NCBI RefSeq assembly: GCF_963921235.1
Contig: NC_086108.1
Span: forward strand, 49,354,001-49,418,000
DNA from: Mobula hypostoma
Lineage: Eukaryota
DNA: 64,000 bases
Direction of reading: 5' to 3'
In this document: positions 40,060-52,770 of the stretch, in pieces
How the letters are laid out: each line of letters starts with the position of its first letter
Numbering within the stretch: position 1 is the stretch's first letter
Program-made: the position numbers and the translations under genes
The notes under the pieces: generated by a model
The model's database searches: none
Seen by the model: the letters and a program-made list of their open reading frames with translations, nothing else
What the model was told of the DNA's origin: nothing

Positions 40060-42230
40060 GCAAGTATAAAACTGTTCCTTTTTTTTAAAAAAAAGTATAC
40101 ATTTTGGTCAACTTTGCAAAATTTTGCTGCTCTTATAATGCACTTCTGATTGTTTAAAACTTTTGATTACAATTAATTGTCTCATTGAGCAAGAAATATA
40201 AATTAACAAATTGATGTGGATATCATAATTATTCCTTTGAAATGATTTAGGATGATTTAGGTTCACTGGTTTTTACATGCACCTCTGTATTAATGATTTT
40301 CTTAGACAATATATTATTAAACTTGTTTAACTTGGTATGGATACTGCAATTTCCTGTTTACCACAACTCTCAAACTTGTGCTAAGTCCTTTGCATAAATG
40401 CAATTTCAATCACTTTGGCTTTAACCGAGCATTCAGAAGAGGCTTTTGGCTTTAAGTTCTCTTACAGAACTCCTTTTCACCAATGCTACTATCCCAGCAC
40501 TCACCCCTTGAGCAACAGTCAGTTTGCTGGAGGAGCTCAGGGCTGAGCAGCAACTGTGGGGTTGGGGGGTGGGGGTGGAGGGGAGGGAAGGAGTAGAATC
40601 AGAGTCAGGTTTATTATCACTGACTTGCATGGTGTGAAATTTGTTCATTTGTGGCAGCAGTACAGTGCAAAGGTACAAAATCACTATATATTAAATAAAT
40701 TAATAAATCATGCAAAAATAAAAGGAATAAGGAGGAGGTATTCAGGAATTTGATGGCTGAGGGGAAGAAACTATTTCTGAATTTTTGAGTATGGGTCATT
40801 AGGCTCCTGTACCCCCTTGATACTAGGAACAAGAAGAGGGCATGGCCTAGATGGTGAAGGTTTTTAGTAATGGGTGCTGCCTTCTTGAGGCGCACCTTCT
40901 GAATATGTTCTTAATGGTGTAAGGAGTTGTGCTCGTGATGGAGCAGAGTAAGTCTACAAGTCTCTGCAGCCTGTTGCAATCCTGTGCATTGGAGCCTCCA
41001 CGCCATGCTGAGACGAAACCAATCATTTTGGATCGAAACTCTGAAATCCAGATGCAGGCCTTCAACCTGAAATTTTGACAGTTTCTTCCCCCCATCCCCA
41101 GGGATGGTGCTTGCCCTGTTGAGTTTCTCTAGCTGAATGTTGCACCAGATTCCAGGATCTGCAGTCTCTTGTGTCTCCATAGGTTACAATACTCTGCAGT
41201 GATTGAGATTGCCTGGGGAAAGGCCTAATCTTTGTAGATTTTCGGCACCTCATCCAGTTTGGACTGTGCATGATAAAATTTTGCTGCCTGGGGGAAAAAC
41301 ATAACTGATTGTCACTATAAACCCTCCACCCATCCCCCCATCTGATAGTCCTCCCGTACACTACTGCCCTTCTGACCTGTTATTCTCAACAAATCCAAGT
41401 ACATACCTTCATTGTAATGCGAATCATTCAGATTCACCAGAGAGATTATCCAGAGTAAATTGTAGTTGTATCAAGTTGATGTAGCAAGTGATGATGAAGA
41501 GGACATAGAAGTTGGAGTAAGTTGTTTTGCTCTCCAACTCTTACCACCGTGTGGTTAGAACATGTTTGGTTGATACCTCAGCTCCATCTTAAACTGTAAA
41601 TACTCCTGGCTGGCAACTTGTTTTGATTTTGGATTTTAAATTATTAAATTATTTAAATTTTCAGACGTGCCAAAGTCAAGTTGTTGGTATTCATTCTTCA
41701 GCAATCACCATTATACATATGCTCTCACGCAGTCATATGCTATATTTTTAATATTACTAACTGGCTGTTAACATTTGTTGGCTTTATTCGGGTTTAATTC
41801 AGTTTTGTGAGTAGGGTTTTCCTCCCTAGCTATGGCCAAATTTAGTTCAAATGTAGTGGGGGAACCCATAGATCTATTTAAATTGTTACTACAGTTGCTC
41901 ATATATTTTGTTGCACTTTTGAGAAAAGTTGATCGACATTTTTGAAAAAAATACTATCATAAAAATGTTTCTTGACTTTATCTTCTCATCATAATATTCA
42001 CTAATTTTTTCCAGATCTAGATTCAGACTCGTTTGCATCAGTAGCACTCTGTTGCTTTAGAATGCAGTTAATTTTTTTTGCATCTGGTATTTTCATTTTG
42101 TTCACTTTCCTATCCTTTCAGAAATCAGGAGTCCTGTTTGCTATCCATTTTCTTTTTCTGTACACCTTGACTTTGAAAATAGTTTGCCTTCAATTTGGGG
42201 AACTAGTATTTGCTTCTGTTTGCTTTCAAG

Positions 42231-42348
42231 GTTCCATTAGTACCCATTGCGATATCTATGGTCGGTGTAGCTGTAAACCAGGAGTGATGGGAGATAAATG
42301 TGATCGCTGCCAGCCTGGCTACCACTCACTAACTGAAGCAGGATGCAG
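42231..42348 (+). CDS. LAMC1: Laminin gamma-1 exon (LE repeat 3)
   Basis: tttcaAG|GT TCC...TGC AG|GTgatg; 118 bp; [39 protein letters not shown]. Confidence 0.95.
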
Positions 42349-42524
42349 GTGATGGGTGTTAGCTTACCTTTTATTTATTTGCTGATGTGAAGGTGGCTCA
42401 CTTAAATAATGTATTATGACAAATATTTAATATTGTCATAGGCAAATAGTATCGCACTAATATTAAAACACATACTGCATTTGAGAATTGATCCCCTCTT
42501 CCAGCAATCCTACATCAAGTTTTA

Positions 42525-43140
42525 ATGGAGCCATGGAGTTGTACAGAACAGAAACGGAGCTTTTGACCCCTGCGTTTATGCCAATCTTTATGCTTATCTG
42601 CACTCATCCTATTTCTCTGCATTAGATCTGTTTCATTCTCTGCCCACGTGGCTCTTAAATATAATGATTCCCTACTTCTGCTATCAACAAGTTCTAGATA
42701 TTAACTATTCTCGATGCTTTAAAAAAAGACTTTCCCCTAAAACCCACTTTAAAGCTTTTTCCTTTTACTTTAAATCTATGCCACTCTGATTTTGGAACCT
42801 CAATCATGTGTGGGAAAAAAAGATTCTGGCAATCTACCCAGCCTATGCCCCTCATAATTTTATATTTAGTACCTCTCAGTCACCTTCACTCCAGAGAGGA
42901 AAATCCAACCGCTCCAAATGTCTGCCTATAGCTGAAGTTGTCCTATCTAGATAACATCCTAATCTGCGCTCTGCAGTACAACCACATCCTTCCTTTTGTG
43001 TGGTGATCAGAACTGCACACAGTATTTCAAGTGTGGTCTAACCACTACTTTGTAAGGTTTAAAATAGCATCCTAATTTTTATGTTCCATGCCTTGCCCAA
43101 TGAAGGATGCATGCCATATGCTATGTTCACCATCCTATCT
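42525..43140 (-). mobile_element. Degenerate CR1-like 3' end
   Basis: CAGAACTGCACACAGTATTTCAAGTGTGGTCTAAC = RPHL.YCVQFW on the minus strand. Confidence 0.65.
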
Positions 43141-44206
43141 ATGCTGCTGCCACTTTTCCAATTGTAAGTTCTGTCGCTCAGGATTTTCTGCAATAAACTC
43201 CCTACCACTGATGTTGGACACACTGATCTATAGTTACCCTTCTGCCCTTTTTAAATAAAGGAACTATTTTAGTCATCCTCACCTCACCTGTGGCTCAACA
43301 AAGATGAGAAAATCTCTGTCAGGGTCTCAACTAACTTTTCCCTTGCTTCCAAAAGCAACCTGAGCCTGATCTCATTCAGCCCTAGAGAACTTCAGCTCTT
43401 ATGTGTCCCATACCATCCAATATCTTTTCCTCCTTAGTACTGATTTTCTATATTCTCCAATGTCACATTTGAAAGTGGTATATCACACAACAGTTGAAAC
43501 TTGGGCATCCTGAAATTGCCAGTCCTGCTATTTGCACACTATGTTTCTGTACTTTTAAAAATATCATAATTCCACTTACTTATGTGTGAGACTTTTTACG
43601 TTAAAGTAAGTACATTGAGCCTGTCAGCTTTCCCATGCTCCCCAACTGGCTTCTGTCTACTCTGCTCCTCCACCTATCTTCTGTTGGCTGCAAAGCCATC
43701 AATTCTGTCATCCAGATCATTAACATATAATGCGAAAAGTAGCAGACTCGACACCGACCCCTGCGGAACACCACTATCCAGAAGGCCTTTGACAAGGTGG
43801 TGCGCATGAGGTTTAGCAGCATCGTGCTGTACTTGGCAAAGGCCTTCAGAAAATCCAAGTAAACAACATCCACTGACTCTCCTTTACAACTTGGTATGCA
43901 AGCTCTGAATAGCTCTGTAAGTCCCCTCTGAGAAGAGGGCTTAAAAGTTACCCCAGTTCTAACTTCCCCATGGTTATATTGCTCCTGACCTTTGTATTGC
44001 TCTGTGTTCAAGAAAATGGGAATTTTATCACAGAGCCCTGCTCCTTATTATGTAATACATTGGTTGCATGCTTAACTGATACCTTGTTTTATTTCCCCTT
44101 TGATTTAATCATTATTAGTCTACAATTTCGCACATAAGGTTTTGATAATGTAAATCTGGTTGTCTTAAATACCTTGTATTTATAATGTTCTTTCTTTTTC
44201 TGATAG

Positions 44207-44305
44207 AGCATGTGCCTGTAATCCTTCTGGTAGTGTAGCGGAATGTAGTGTCAATACAGGTCGCTGTGTATGTAAAAATAATGTAGAGGGATTCAACTGC
44301 GAGAG
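44207..44305 (+). CDS. LAMC1: Laminin gamma-1 exon (LE repeat 4)
   Basis: Not in ORF track; read directly: tgatAG|A GCA TGT...GAG AG|GTaagt; 99 bp; ACACNPSGSVAECSVNTGRCVCKNNVEGFNCER. Confidence 0.94.
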
Positions 44306-44833
44306 GTAAGTATTTTATAAGGTGTACGTTTTAGAAATTATTATTATAACTGAAGAATATCACTTGGGCTATTACATCCATGTTAGCTCCCAACAGAACA
44401 ATCCACTTAGTCCCATTTCATTCCACACCACTTGCCCTTTTTTTTTTCCTAATTGTGCAATTTTTGACCATGCATTCACATCAAATTTCCTTTAATTCTT
44501 TTACCTCTTTGCCACATCAATATGTGATTTATTGGAGTCAATTAACCTATCAGCAAACTTTGAATATTTATAACAACTTTATTTCTATATATTTCTTTTT
44601 AAGTGATAATGTTACTAAATGAAGAATTTGTTGCAAACCTATGCCAATGTATTACACACATCTTCTCATTCAGGTTCATCTGACTCTTAATATTTCTATT
44701 CTTTTATACCTTATGCTCACTTGGTTTCCCCATTGATAGACTTATAGTGGTTTTGAAGAAAGGTCACTCCAATTTGACCTCGTGATCTTATCTGAATTTA
44801 ATTGGTCTACCATTGGTGGCTGCGGTTTCTATT

Positions 44834-45139
44834 TAGGCATCCGTTAGTCTCATGAGACCATGGATTTACACCTTGGAAGGTTTCCAAGGCGCAGGCCTGG
44901 GCACATGATTGTATGAAAGACCAGCAGTTGCCCATGCTGCAAGTCTCCCCTCTCCACACCATTGATGTTGTCCAAGGGAAGGGCATTAGGACCCATACAG
45001 CTTGGCACCAATGTTGTCGCAGAGCAACGTGTGGTTAAGTGCCTTGCTCAAGGACACACACACTGCCTCAACCAAGGCTCGAACTAGCAACCTTCAAATC
45101 ACTAGACGAACGCCTTAACCACTTGGCCACGCGCCAACA
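44834..45139 (-). mobile_element. tRNA-derived SINE (same family as 30246-30532)
   Basis: TSD CTG(C/T)GGTTTCTATT at 44820-44833 and 45140-45153; shared head and core. Confidence 0.85.
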
Positions 45140-45849
45140 CTGTGGTTTCTATTACCATGCTGTTAAGCACTGGAATGCAGCTGTGAGAGGCAAGTACTTT
45201 TTTTCCCCTTGCTATCATTAACTATTGGCACAATCCTCATCATCTCTGCCTATCTTTCCTTAAGTCAATCCTTTAGAAGCTTATACGTTGACCATACTCT
45301 GGTTCTACATGGCTAAGTGTCACATTTTTATTTGATAGCATTTCGTGCAATGTCTTGGGAATATTTGTTATATTAATGGATGTGTATAAAATTAACTTGT
45401 CTTTGTTGTTATTGCTTCAACTAGTTCACTGCTGGAGATTTGCATATTCCTTCTAATTTCCATATTAAAAATGTTTCAGATGAATTCCTTCCTTAGTTTA
45501 ATTGTTATTCCTTTATCATTCCTTTGATCTTAGGCAAATCTCTACATTTTCACTCTATTTTGCCCCTCCTTCATCCTCATGATAGTATCTTATGTCTTAA
45601 AGTGAAGAAATATTATGTTTCTTCTGATCAGGAAGGGAGGCGGCATATTTGTCTAGTTTTGGGGAGCCTATTTGCTGTCAAGCAAAGTAAGAGGTGTTGA
45701 GATCAGCATTGGTGTGGCTAAAATAATTAATAGTGATCAAGGTTTAAATGAAAACAACAGGAATTCTGCAGATGCTGGAAATTCAAGCAACACACATCAA
45801 AGTTGCTGGTGAACGCAGCAGGCCAAGCAGCATCTATAGGAAGAGGCGC

Positions 45850-45885
45850 AGTCGACATTTCAGGCCGAGACCCTTCATCAGGACT
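45850..45885 (-). ncRNA. Minimal type I hammerhead ribozyme motif
   Basis: AGTC-CTGATGA-AGGGTCTCGGCCT-GAAAT-GTC^GACT. Confidence 0.65.
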
Positions 45886-48091
45886 AACTGAAGGAAGAGT
45901 GAGTAAGGGATTTGAAAGCTGGAAGGGGAGGGGGAGATGCAAAATGATACGAGAAGACAGGAGGGGGAGGGATAGAGCCGAGAGCTGGACAGGTGATAGG
46001 CAAAAGGGGATACGAGAGGATCATGGGACAGGAGGTCCGGGAAGAAAGACGGGGGGGGGGGTGACCCAGAGGATGGGCAAGAGGTATATTCAGAGGGACA
46101 GAGGGAGAAAAAGGAGAGTGAGAGAAAGAATGTGTGCATAAAAATGAGTAACAGATGGGGTACGAGGGGGAGGTGGGGCCTAGCGGAAGTTAGAGAAGTC
46201 AATGTTCATGCCATCAGGTTGGAGGCTACCCAGACGGAATATAAGGTGTTGTTCCTCCAACCTGAGTGTGGCTTCATCTTTACAGTAGAGGAGGCCGTAG
46301 ATAGACATGTCAGAATGGGAATGGGATGTGGAATTAAAATGTGTGGCCACTGGGAGATCCTGCTTTCTCTGGCGGACAGAGCGTAGATGTTCAGCAAAGC
46401 GGTCTCCCAGTCTGCGTCGGGTCTCACCAATATATAAAAGGCCACATCGGGAGCACCGGACGCAGTATATCACCCCAGTCGACTCACAGGTGAAGTGATG
46501 CCTCACCTGGAAGGACTCAGTTCCCCTCTACTACCACTCTGCTCCGTCTAGCGGAATTAGTCCTTACTCTTAATAATTTCTCCTTTTGCTCCTCCCATTT
46601 CCTCCAAACTAAAGGTGTAGCTATGGGCACCCGTATGGGTCCTAGCTATGCCTGCCTTTTTGTTGGGTTTGTGGAACAATCTATGTTCCGTGCCTATTCT
46701 GGTATCTGTCCCCCACTTTTCCTTCGCTACATCGACGACTGCATTGGCGCTGCTTCCTGCACGCATGCAGAACTCGTTGACTTTATTAACTTTGCCTCCA
46801 ACTTTCACCCTGCCCTCAAGTTTACCTGGTCCATTTCCGACACCTCCCTCCCCTTTCTAGATCTTTCTGTCTCTGTCTCTGGAGACAGCTTATCTACTGA
46901 TGTCTACTATAAGCCTACTGACTCTCACAGCTATCTGGACTATTCCTCATCTCACCCTGTCTCTTGCAAAAACGCCATCCCCTTCTCGCAATTCCTCCGT
47001 CTCCGCCGCATCTGCTCTCAGGATGAGGCTTTTCATTCTAGGACGAGGGAGATGTCTTCATTTTTTAAAGAAAGGGGCTTCCCTTCCTCCACTATCAACT
47101 CTGCTCTTAAACACATCTCCCCCATTTCACGTACATCTGCTCTCACTCCATCCTCCCACCACCCCACTAGGAATAGGGTTCCCCTGGTCCTCACCTACCA
47201 CCCCACCAGCCTCCGGGTCCAACATATTATTCTCCGTAACTTCCGCCACCTCCAACGGGATCCCACCACTAAGCACATCTTTCCCTCCCCCCCCCTCTCT
47301 CTGCATTCCGCAGGGATCGCTCCCTACACAACTCCCTTGTCCATTCGTCCCCCCCATCCCTCCCCACTGATCTCCCTCCTGGCACTTATCCGTGTAAGCG
47401 GAACAAGTGCTACACATGCCCTTACACTTCCTCCCTTACCACCATTCAGGGCCCCAAACAGTCCTTCCAGGTGAGGCATCACTTCACCTGTGAGTCGACT
47501 GGGGTGATATACTGCGTCTGGTGCTCCCGATGTGGCCTTCTATATATTGGTGAGACCCAACGCAGACTGGGAGACCGCTTTGCTGAACATCTACGCTCTG
47601 TCCGCCAGAGAAAGCAGGATCTCCCAGTGGCCACACATTTTAATTCCACATCCCATTCCCATTCTGACATGTCTATCCACGGTCTCCTGTACTGTAAAGA
47701 TGAAGCCACACTCAGGTTGGAGGAACAACACCTTATATTCCGTCTGGGTAGCCTCCAACCTGATGGCATGAACATTGACTTCTCTAACTTCCGCTAGGCC
47801 CCACCTCCCCCTCGTACCCCATCTGTTACTCATTTTTATGCACACATTCTTTCTCTCACTCTCCTTTTTCTCCCTCTGTCCCTCTGAATATACCTCTTGC
47901 CCATCCTCTGGGTCACGCCCCCCCCCGTCTTTCTTCCCGGACCTCCTGTCCCATGATCCTCTTGTATCCCCTTTTGCCTATCACCTGTCCAACTCTCGGC
48001 TCTATCCCTCCCCCTCCTGTCTTCTCCTATCATTTTGCATCTCCCCCTCCCCCTCCAGCTTTCAAATCCCTTACTCACTCTTCCTTCAGTT

Positions 48092-48127
48092 AGTCCTGAC
48101 GAAGGGTCTCGGCCTGAAACGTCGACT
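48092..48127 (+). ncRNA. Minimal type I hammerhead ribozyme motif
   Basis: AGTC-CTGACGA-AGGGTCTCGGCCT-GAAAC-GTC^GACT. Confidence 0.75.
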
Positions 48128-48559
48128 GCGCCTCTTCCTATAGATGCTGCTTGGCCTGCTGCGTTCACCAGCAACTTTGATGTGTGTTGCAAGGTTTAAA
48201 TGAGATAGTTTCTTCTCCTTTTTCAAATCAATGAGTCAGTTGAAGTTAGGCAGATATCAGAGTTTGTTAGGTACAATTATAACTGCCAACCCTAAATGGG
48301 GAAGTAAGTGGTTCAGCCAAGATCTAGATACAACTCTACAGGACAGAAGGATAGAACAACCCAAGGCAGAACTTTCCTGATAACAAAGAAGGACAAGAAG
48401 ATATGCAGAGAAAGGGAAACATGGCATACGCCAGGATGATAATTGGGCTGAAGCTGGAAAGATCATAACACAAAATGTTAAAGGGAAAATGAGCCCACGT
48501 GTGTATGTGAAAATTGGCTGGCAGATCATAACAGTGAATCCACTGACTGTCTCATGGTT

Positions 48560-49510
48560 TCAGACTTATGGATATTTAGGGTCTCTTCTGGGGAAGGCAG
48601 GACTTGTACCAAAGTGGTATGTTACCACCTGAACTTGAGAGGTCCAATATCCTGGCGGGCAGGTTCGCTAGAACTGAGGGGAAGGGTTTAAACTGGTTTG
48701 GCAGGAGGAAGGGAACCAGAGTGGTGGGGTAGTTGGTGTAAAGGTAGGTGCAGCCTGTAGAGAGACTGTGAAGAAGGATAGGCAGGGGAAAGGGCATAAT
48801 TGCACTCAGTTGGATGGTTGAATGTGTTTATTTTAGTGCTGGAGATACCAGGAGCAAGAACAATGAATTTAGAGCATGGGTTACTACACTGAGTTTTAAC
48901 ATTGTGGCTATTACAGAGACTTGTTGCCGTAAGGGCAGAAATAGATGCTGGATGTTGCAGGGTTCAGATGTTTCAGAAGGGACAAGCAGGGAGATAAGAG
49001 GTGGGGAGTGGCATTGGTATTTGGAGATAGTATCACAGCAGAGAAAGGAAGGACGGTGCAGAGGGATTGCTTACTAAGTCAGTGTGATGGAAGTAATAAA
49101 CAGGAAGGAAGCACCCTATAGACACCCCCTTTAATAGCAAAAGAGACACTAGAGGCGGATTTAGAAAGATACAAAAATAACAGGGTTGTTGTCATGGGTG
49201 ATTTCAACTTCCCTAATACTGATCGCCATCTCCTCAATGCAAAAGAGATGGGGCAGAGTTTGCCAAGGGTGTCCAGGAAGGATTCCTGGCAATGTATGTA
49301 GACAGACCAGCCAGAGGAGAGACTGATCTGGTTCTAGGCCATGACCTGGTCAGGTGACAGAACTCTCGGTGAGTGAGCATTTTGGAGACAGTGACCACAG
49401 CTTCCTGGCCTTTACCATAGCCTAGGACAGAATAGAGACAGATGGTATGAGAAATTATTTAATTGGGGGAGGGCGAATTAGGGTGCTATTAGGATGGAAC
49501 TTGGATGTCT
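48560..49510 (+). mobile_element. CR1-like LINE fragment (ORF1 end / ORF2 endonuclease)
   Basis: IVAITET and VVMGDFNFP motifs. Confidence 0.7.
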
Positions 49511-51768
49511 AAGGTGAAAGGCAAATTGTGTGTAGGTAGATTAATTATGTTCTTTTGAAAACAAGAGATGGTTGTGGGCAATGAAGTTTATATTGTGTAC
49601 ATGGGCTTTCAAAAGATACTTGTAAAGGACTGGATGTATTCATGATTGAAGTAATTTAATACCAAATGTAAAGTAATAGATATTGTAAGGAAGCGAAAAC
49701 AGGCAATACAATATATAGGAACAAATCTACAAGATAATAGGAACGGGGACAGTTGAGGGCAGTGCAGAGGGAGGAAGTTCACATTAATACGAATATTCTG
49801 GACAAGTTGGACTAAGTGTTAATTTGGCATATGATATCCTGAGTTTTAAGTAGAGGCATAGAGAATCAATGTAAGCACGTTAAATTGACCCTTGATAAAA
49901 ACAGCCGATTTAGCTGTAACTAGTAAGTAGTTTTGGATTCAGGGTTAGATGTAAAGACATGGGATTACTGAAATGATTCACTGTTACAGCTCTAAGGGTT
50001 ATGGATTTGCATAGATAGATTGGAGTAGTTGGATTTGTTCAGATATAAGTGCTTTTGAGATGGAATTCAAATATTGTTGGTGTTCAAGGTCACAGCATGA
50101 GGACAAAATGTAGAAATGCTTCATTGTTCTCGGTGCCCCGACCAAAAGGCCCCAGATATAAGGAGATTGGCAAAAAATGCAGAGGTGAGATAAGGAACAG
50201 GTTTTTTTTTCGTACAGCACTGATTAATCTGGAATGTACTGTCTGAACAGCAGTTGAAGCAGATTCAGTTGTGGTCTTCATATCGAAATTAAGTCAGTGA
50301 AATTTTAAAAATACTTCAAAGCTACTGGGGATGAGTTGGAATGGGAAACTAATTAATTTATTCTTACCAAAGGTCAACGGGCTAAATTGCCGCCACCTGT
50401 GCTATCATAATAATGTAATTCTAACACAAGGAAGCTTCCCTTGCCTACAGCACTAGAAGGAGCAGTGAAGTAGAGGCAACTTTCTTTCGGAGAAAAGACG
50501 TAATCTTTCAAAATACTTCTGTTTGAAGAAAAGATTCATCTGACATCAGAAATGTTTTAACATTTATATACCTGAGTCTTTTAAAGACTATCAAATGATT
50601 TCATTTGTATTTCTAAATACAGTTGTTTAAAAGCAATCATTAATGCAAAATAATTGTTTTAATGATCACTTAATAGACAACTCCAGTCTTCTAGTCTTTC
50701 CAGGGTTGCTTTTGTTTTTAAAAATCCAAGAGTTTGGGTTCTAATGTAATGCAGAGTTAACAAGCATAAGAAAGTGTTACAAGATCCAAGTTGTTTTTAA
50801 ATAAATAAATAAGCTGAAGAAAAACAAGTTGTGTCAGCATCAGAACATTAAGATAGTGTGATACTACTTCGTCACTGTTGTTGTCCAGCCTTTAACCCTC
50901 ACCCAACGTCCCTAACATAGGATAACATGGCTCCTACATTCCTGCATCATTGTGGCGCTTACATCGACATGGCCAAAAAGTGCTTTGTATTGTTTGAAAT
51001 GTTTTCAAATAGTTTTAACATAATGTTCATACAAAGGAATTACTTGATCATTTCCTAATGTTGCTATGGATGCAATTTTTTTTCTTTTCATTTCACTAAG
51101 TGTCTTAACTGGAACACAGTCCATTCATTATATCTATGATTGAGAAATTGTCATTTAATCTCACTTGAGGCTAGTTAAATTTAAATCTATTTCCTCTCAT
51201 TCTGTGGCCATAGTCCAAGCCAAATAGCTTGTATGCATGTGTAGCCATATCTTTCAACATTTTAAACATCTGGAACTTGTCTTGCTGCATTATCTTTCCT
51301 CTTATGAAAACATGTTCAGCTCTGTATATTTGAAGTTATCAGTTTACTTTAGTTATTCTTCACTGAACACCCCCCTACAAATTCAGTGTCCCTTTGAGTT
51401 TTAGATTAACTTTTTCTTAAATTGAGTAACTTCAAAATTCCACATTCAGTACTTGGTGCATGGGAGCTGACTTGTAATTCAAAATAACTACATCAGTAAT
51501 TATCCTCTGCCATCTTCATGTTTGTAGTCCAACATTTGAATAGTTAGATAATTATTTTAATTGCCATAATGCTAAGTAGTTTTATCAAGGAAAAAAACAT
51601 AGCTTGTATGTAATGTTATTCATGAAGGCTTGGTTTAATTGAAGGTAAAAGAACACACAACACAAACTTGGTAGTTTGAATATAAAAATGTATTTATAAA
51701 TTGATGCATGTAATCAACAGTTTAGTTATCAATAAGTATGTTCACAAGAATGTTCTCTTTTTCTGTAG

Positions 51769-51905
51769 ATGCAAGCCAGGCTTTTTCAACCTGGACCCTC
51801 AGAATGCCCAAGGCTGCACTGCCTGCTTCTGCTTTGGCCATTCATCTGTTTGTAGCAAAGCTGAGGGCTACAGAGTAGAGCGGATCACAGCAAGCTTTGA
51901 TGCAG
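51769..51905 (+). CDS. LAMC1: Laminin gamma-1 exon (LE4 end / LE5 first half)
   Basis: ctgtAG|A TGC AAG...GCA G|GTgtta; 137 bp; CKPGFFNLDPQNAQGCTACFCFGHSSVCSKAEGYRVERITASFDA. Confidence 0.94.
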
Positions 51906-52660
51906 GTGTTACTAAGATTTTTAACATATGCTATTTAGTAGACGTTGTTTATGAAATTTTGAGATTTAAGGTTGAGTTGTCAAATATAGTGACATCCAGC
52001 TCATGCTCCAGTTGAAATGTTGCTTGATGAAAAATGATTACGTTCTCCGAATTCTCCTTGTCAAACATCTGACAAACCAACTGTAAATGGATGTATTCTC
52101 AGGTTGATATTGCACTTCATTTTAGTTTGTTTACTAATTTCTTGGTGAACTGCCTAGTAAATAGGAAGTGACAGTAAGCAGAGTTCCATCATTACAGCAT
52201 CCCAAATGGCTCTGCTGCTTTTATTGTTTCAAGCATAGACCCATCTTTGATCATCTCCTTGTACTTGTCTCTACCTATGCCCCCTCCCCCTTGCCTTCAC
52301 ATCTCCTCCTAGATCTGATTTTTTCTGAACAATTCCAATTGCCATCTACACTTCAGGAACCTCAATTAACTGCCCCTTGACTTTCCATTCTCCATGGTGT
52401 ATCTCCAACTATATGTAAACCACATCAATCTTCTGTCTCCTCATAACATACTATACCCTTTAAAATCATCACTCTATCACTGGATGTTCCCTGAGCTAGA
52501 TCCTTCAGATGCAGACTTGAATAGATGTAAAGGACAAACAAGTTTTATCTATTTAAGATTAAATCTGGATGAATCACACAAAGCACCTGCTTGCTTATCG
52601 AAGAGCGGCTCACATTTCTACCTTAAATTATTTCTGTTCCCTACTGCAACACATTTACTC

Positions 52661-52770
52661 AAACACGAGATTCTGCAGATGCTAGAGATCTAGAACAACT
52701 CAGCAGGCCGTGCAGCAACTGTGGAGGGGAATAAATTGTCGACAGTTCAGGCTGAGACCCTTCATCAGGA
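52661..52770 (-). mobile_element. Short PLE 3'-end fragment with decayed hammerhead
   Basis: Minus strand CTGATGAAGGGTCTCAGCCTGAACTGTCGAC plus the same terminal tail as the young PLEs. Confidence 0.7.

Larger units (their letters stand above)
45752..48190 (+). mobile_element. 5'-truncated PLE with inverted 3'-end copy (45752-46517)
   Basis: TSD AAGGTTTAAATGA (45739-45751, 48191-48203); RT C-half (GVAMG, RYIDD) and GIY-YIG ORFs on both strands. Confidence 0.93.

Noticed and set aside
45752..48190. Inverted arms as an assembly artefact
   Set aside because: Arms differ at several positions, are bounded by TSDs, and the same architecture recurs three times
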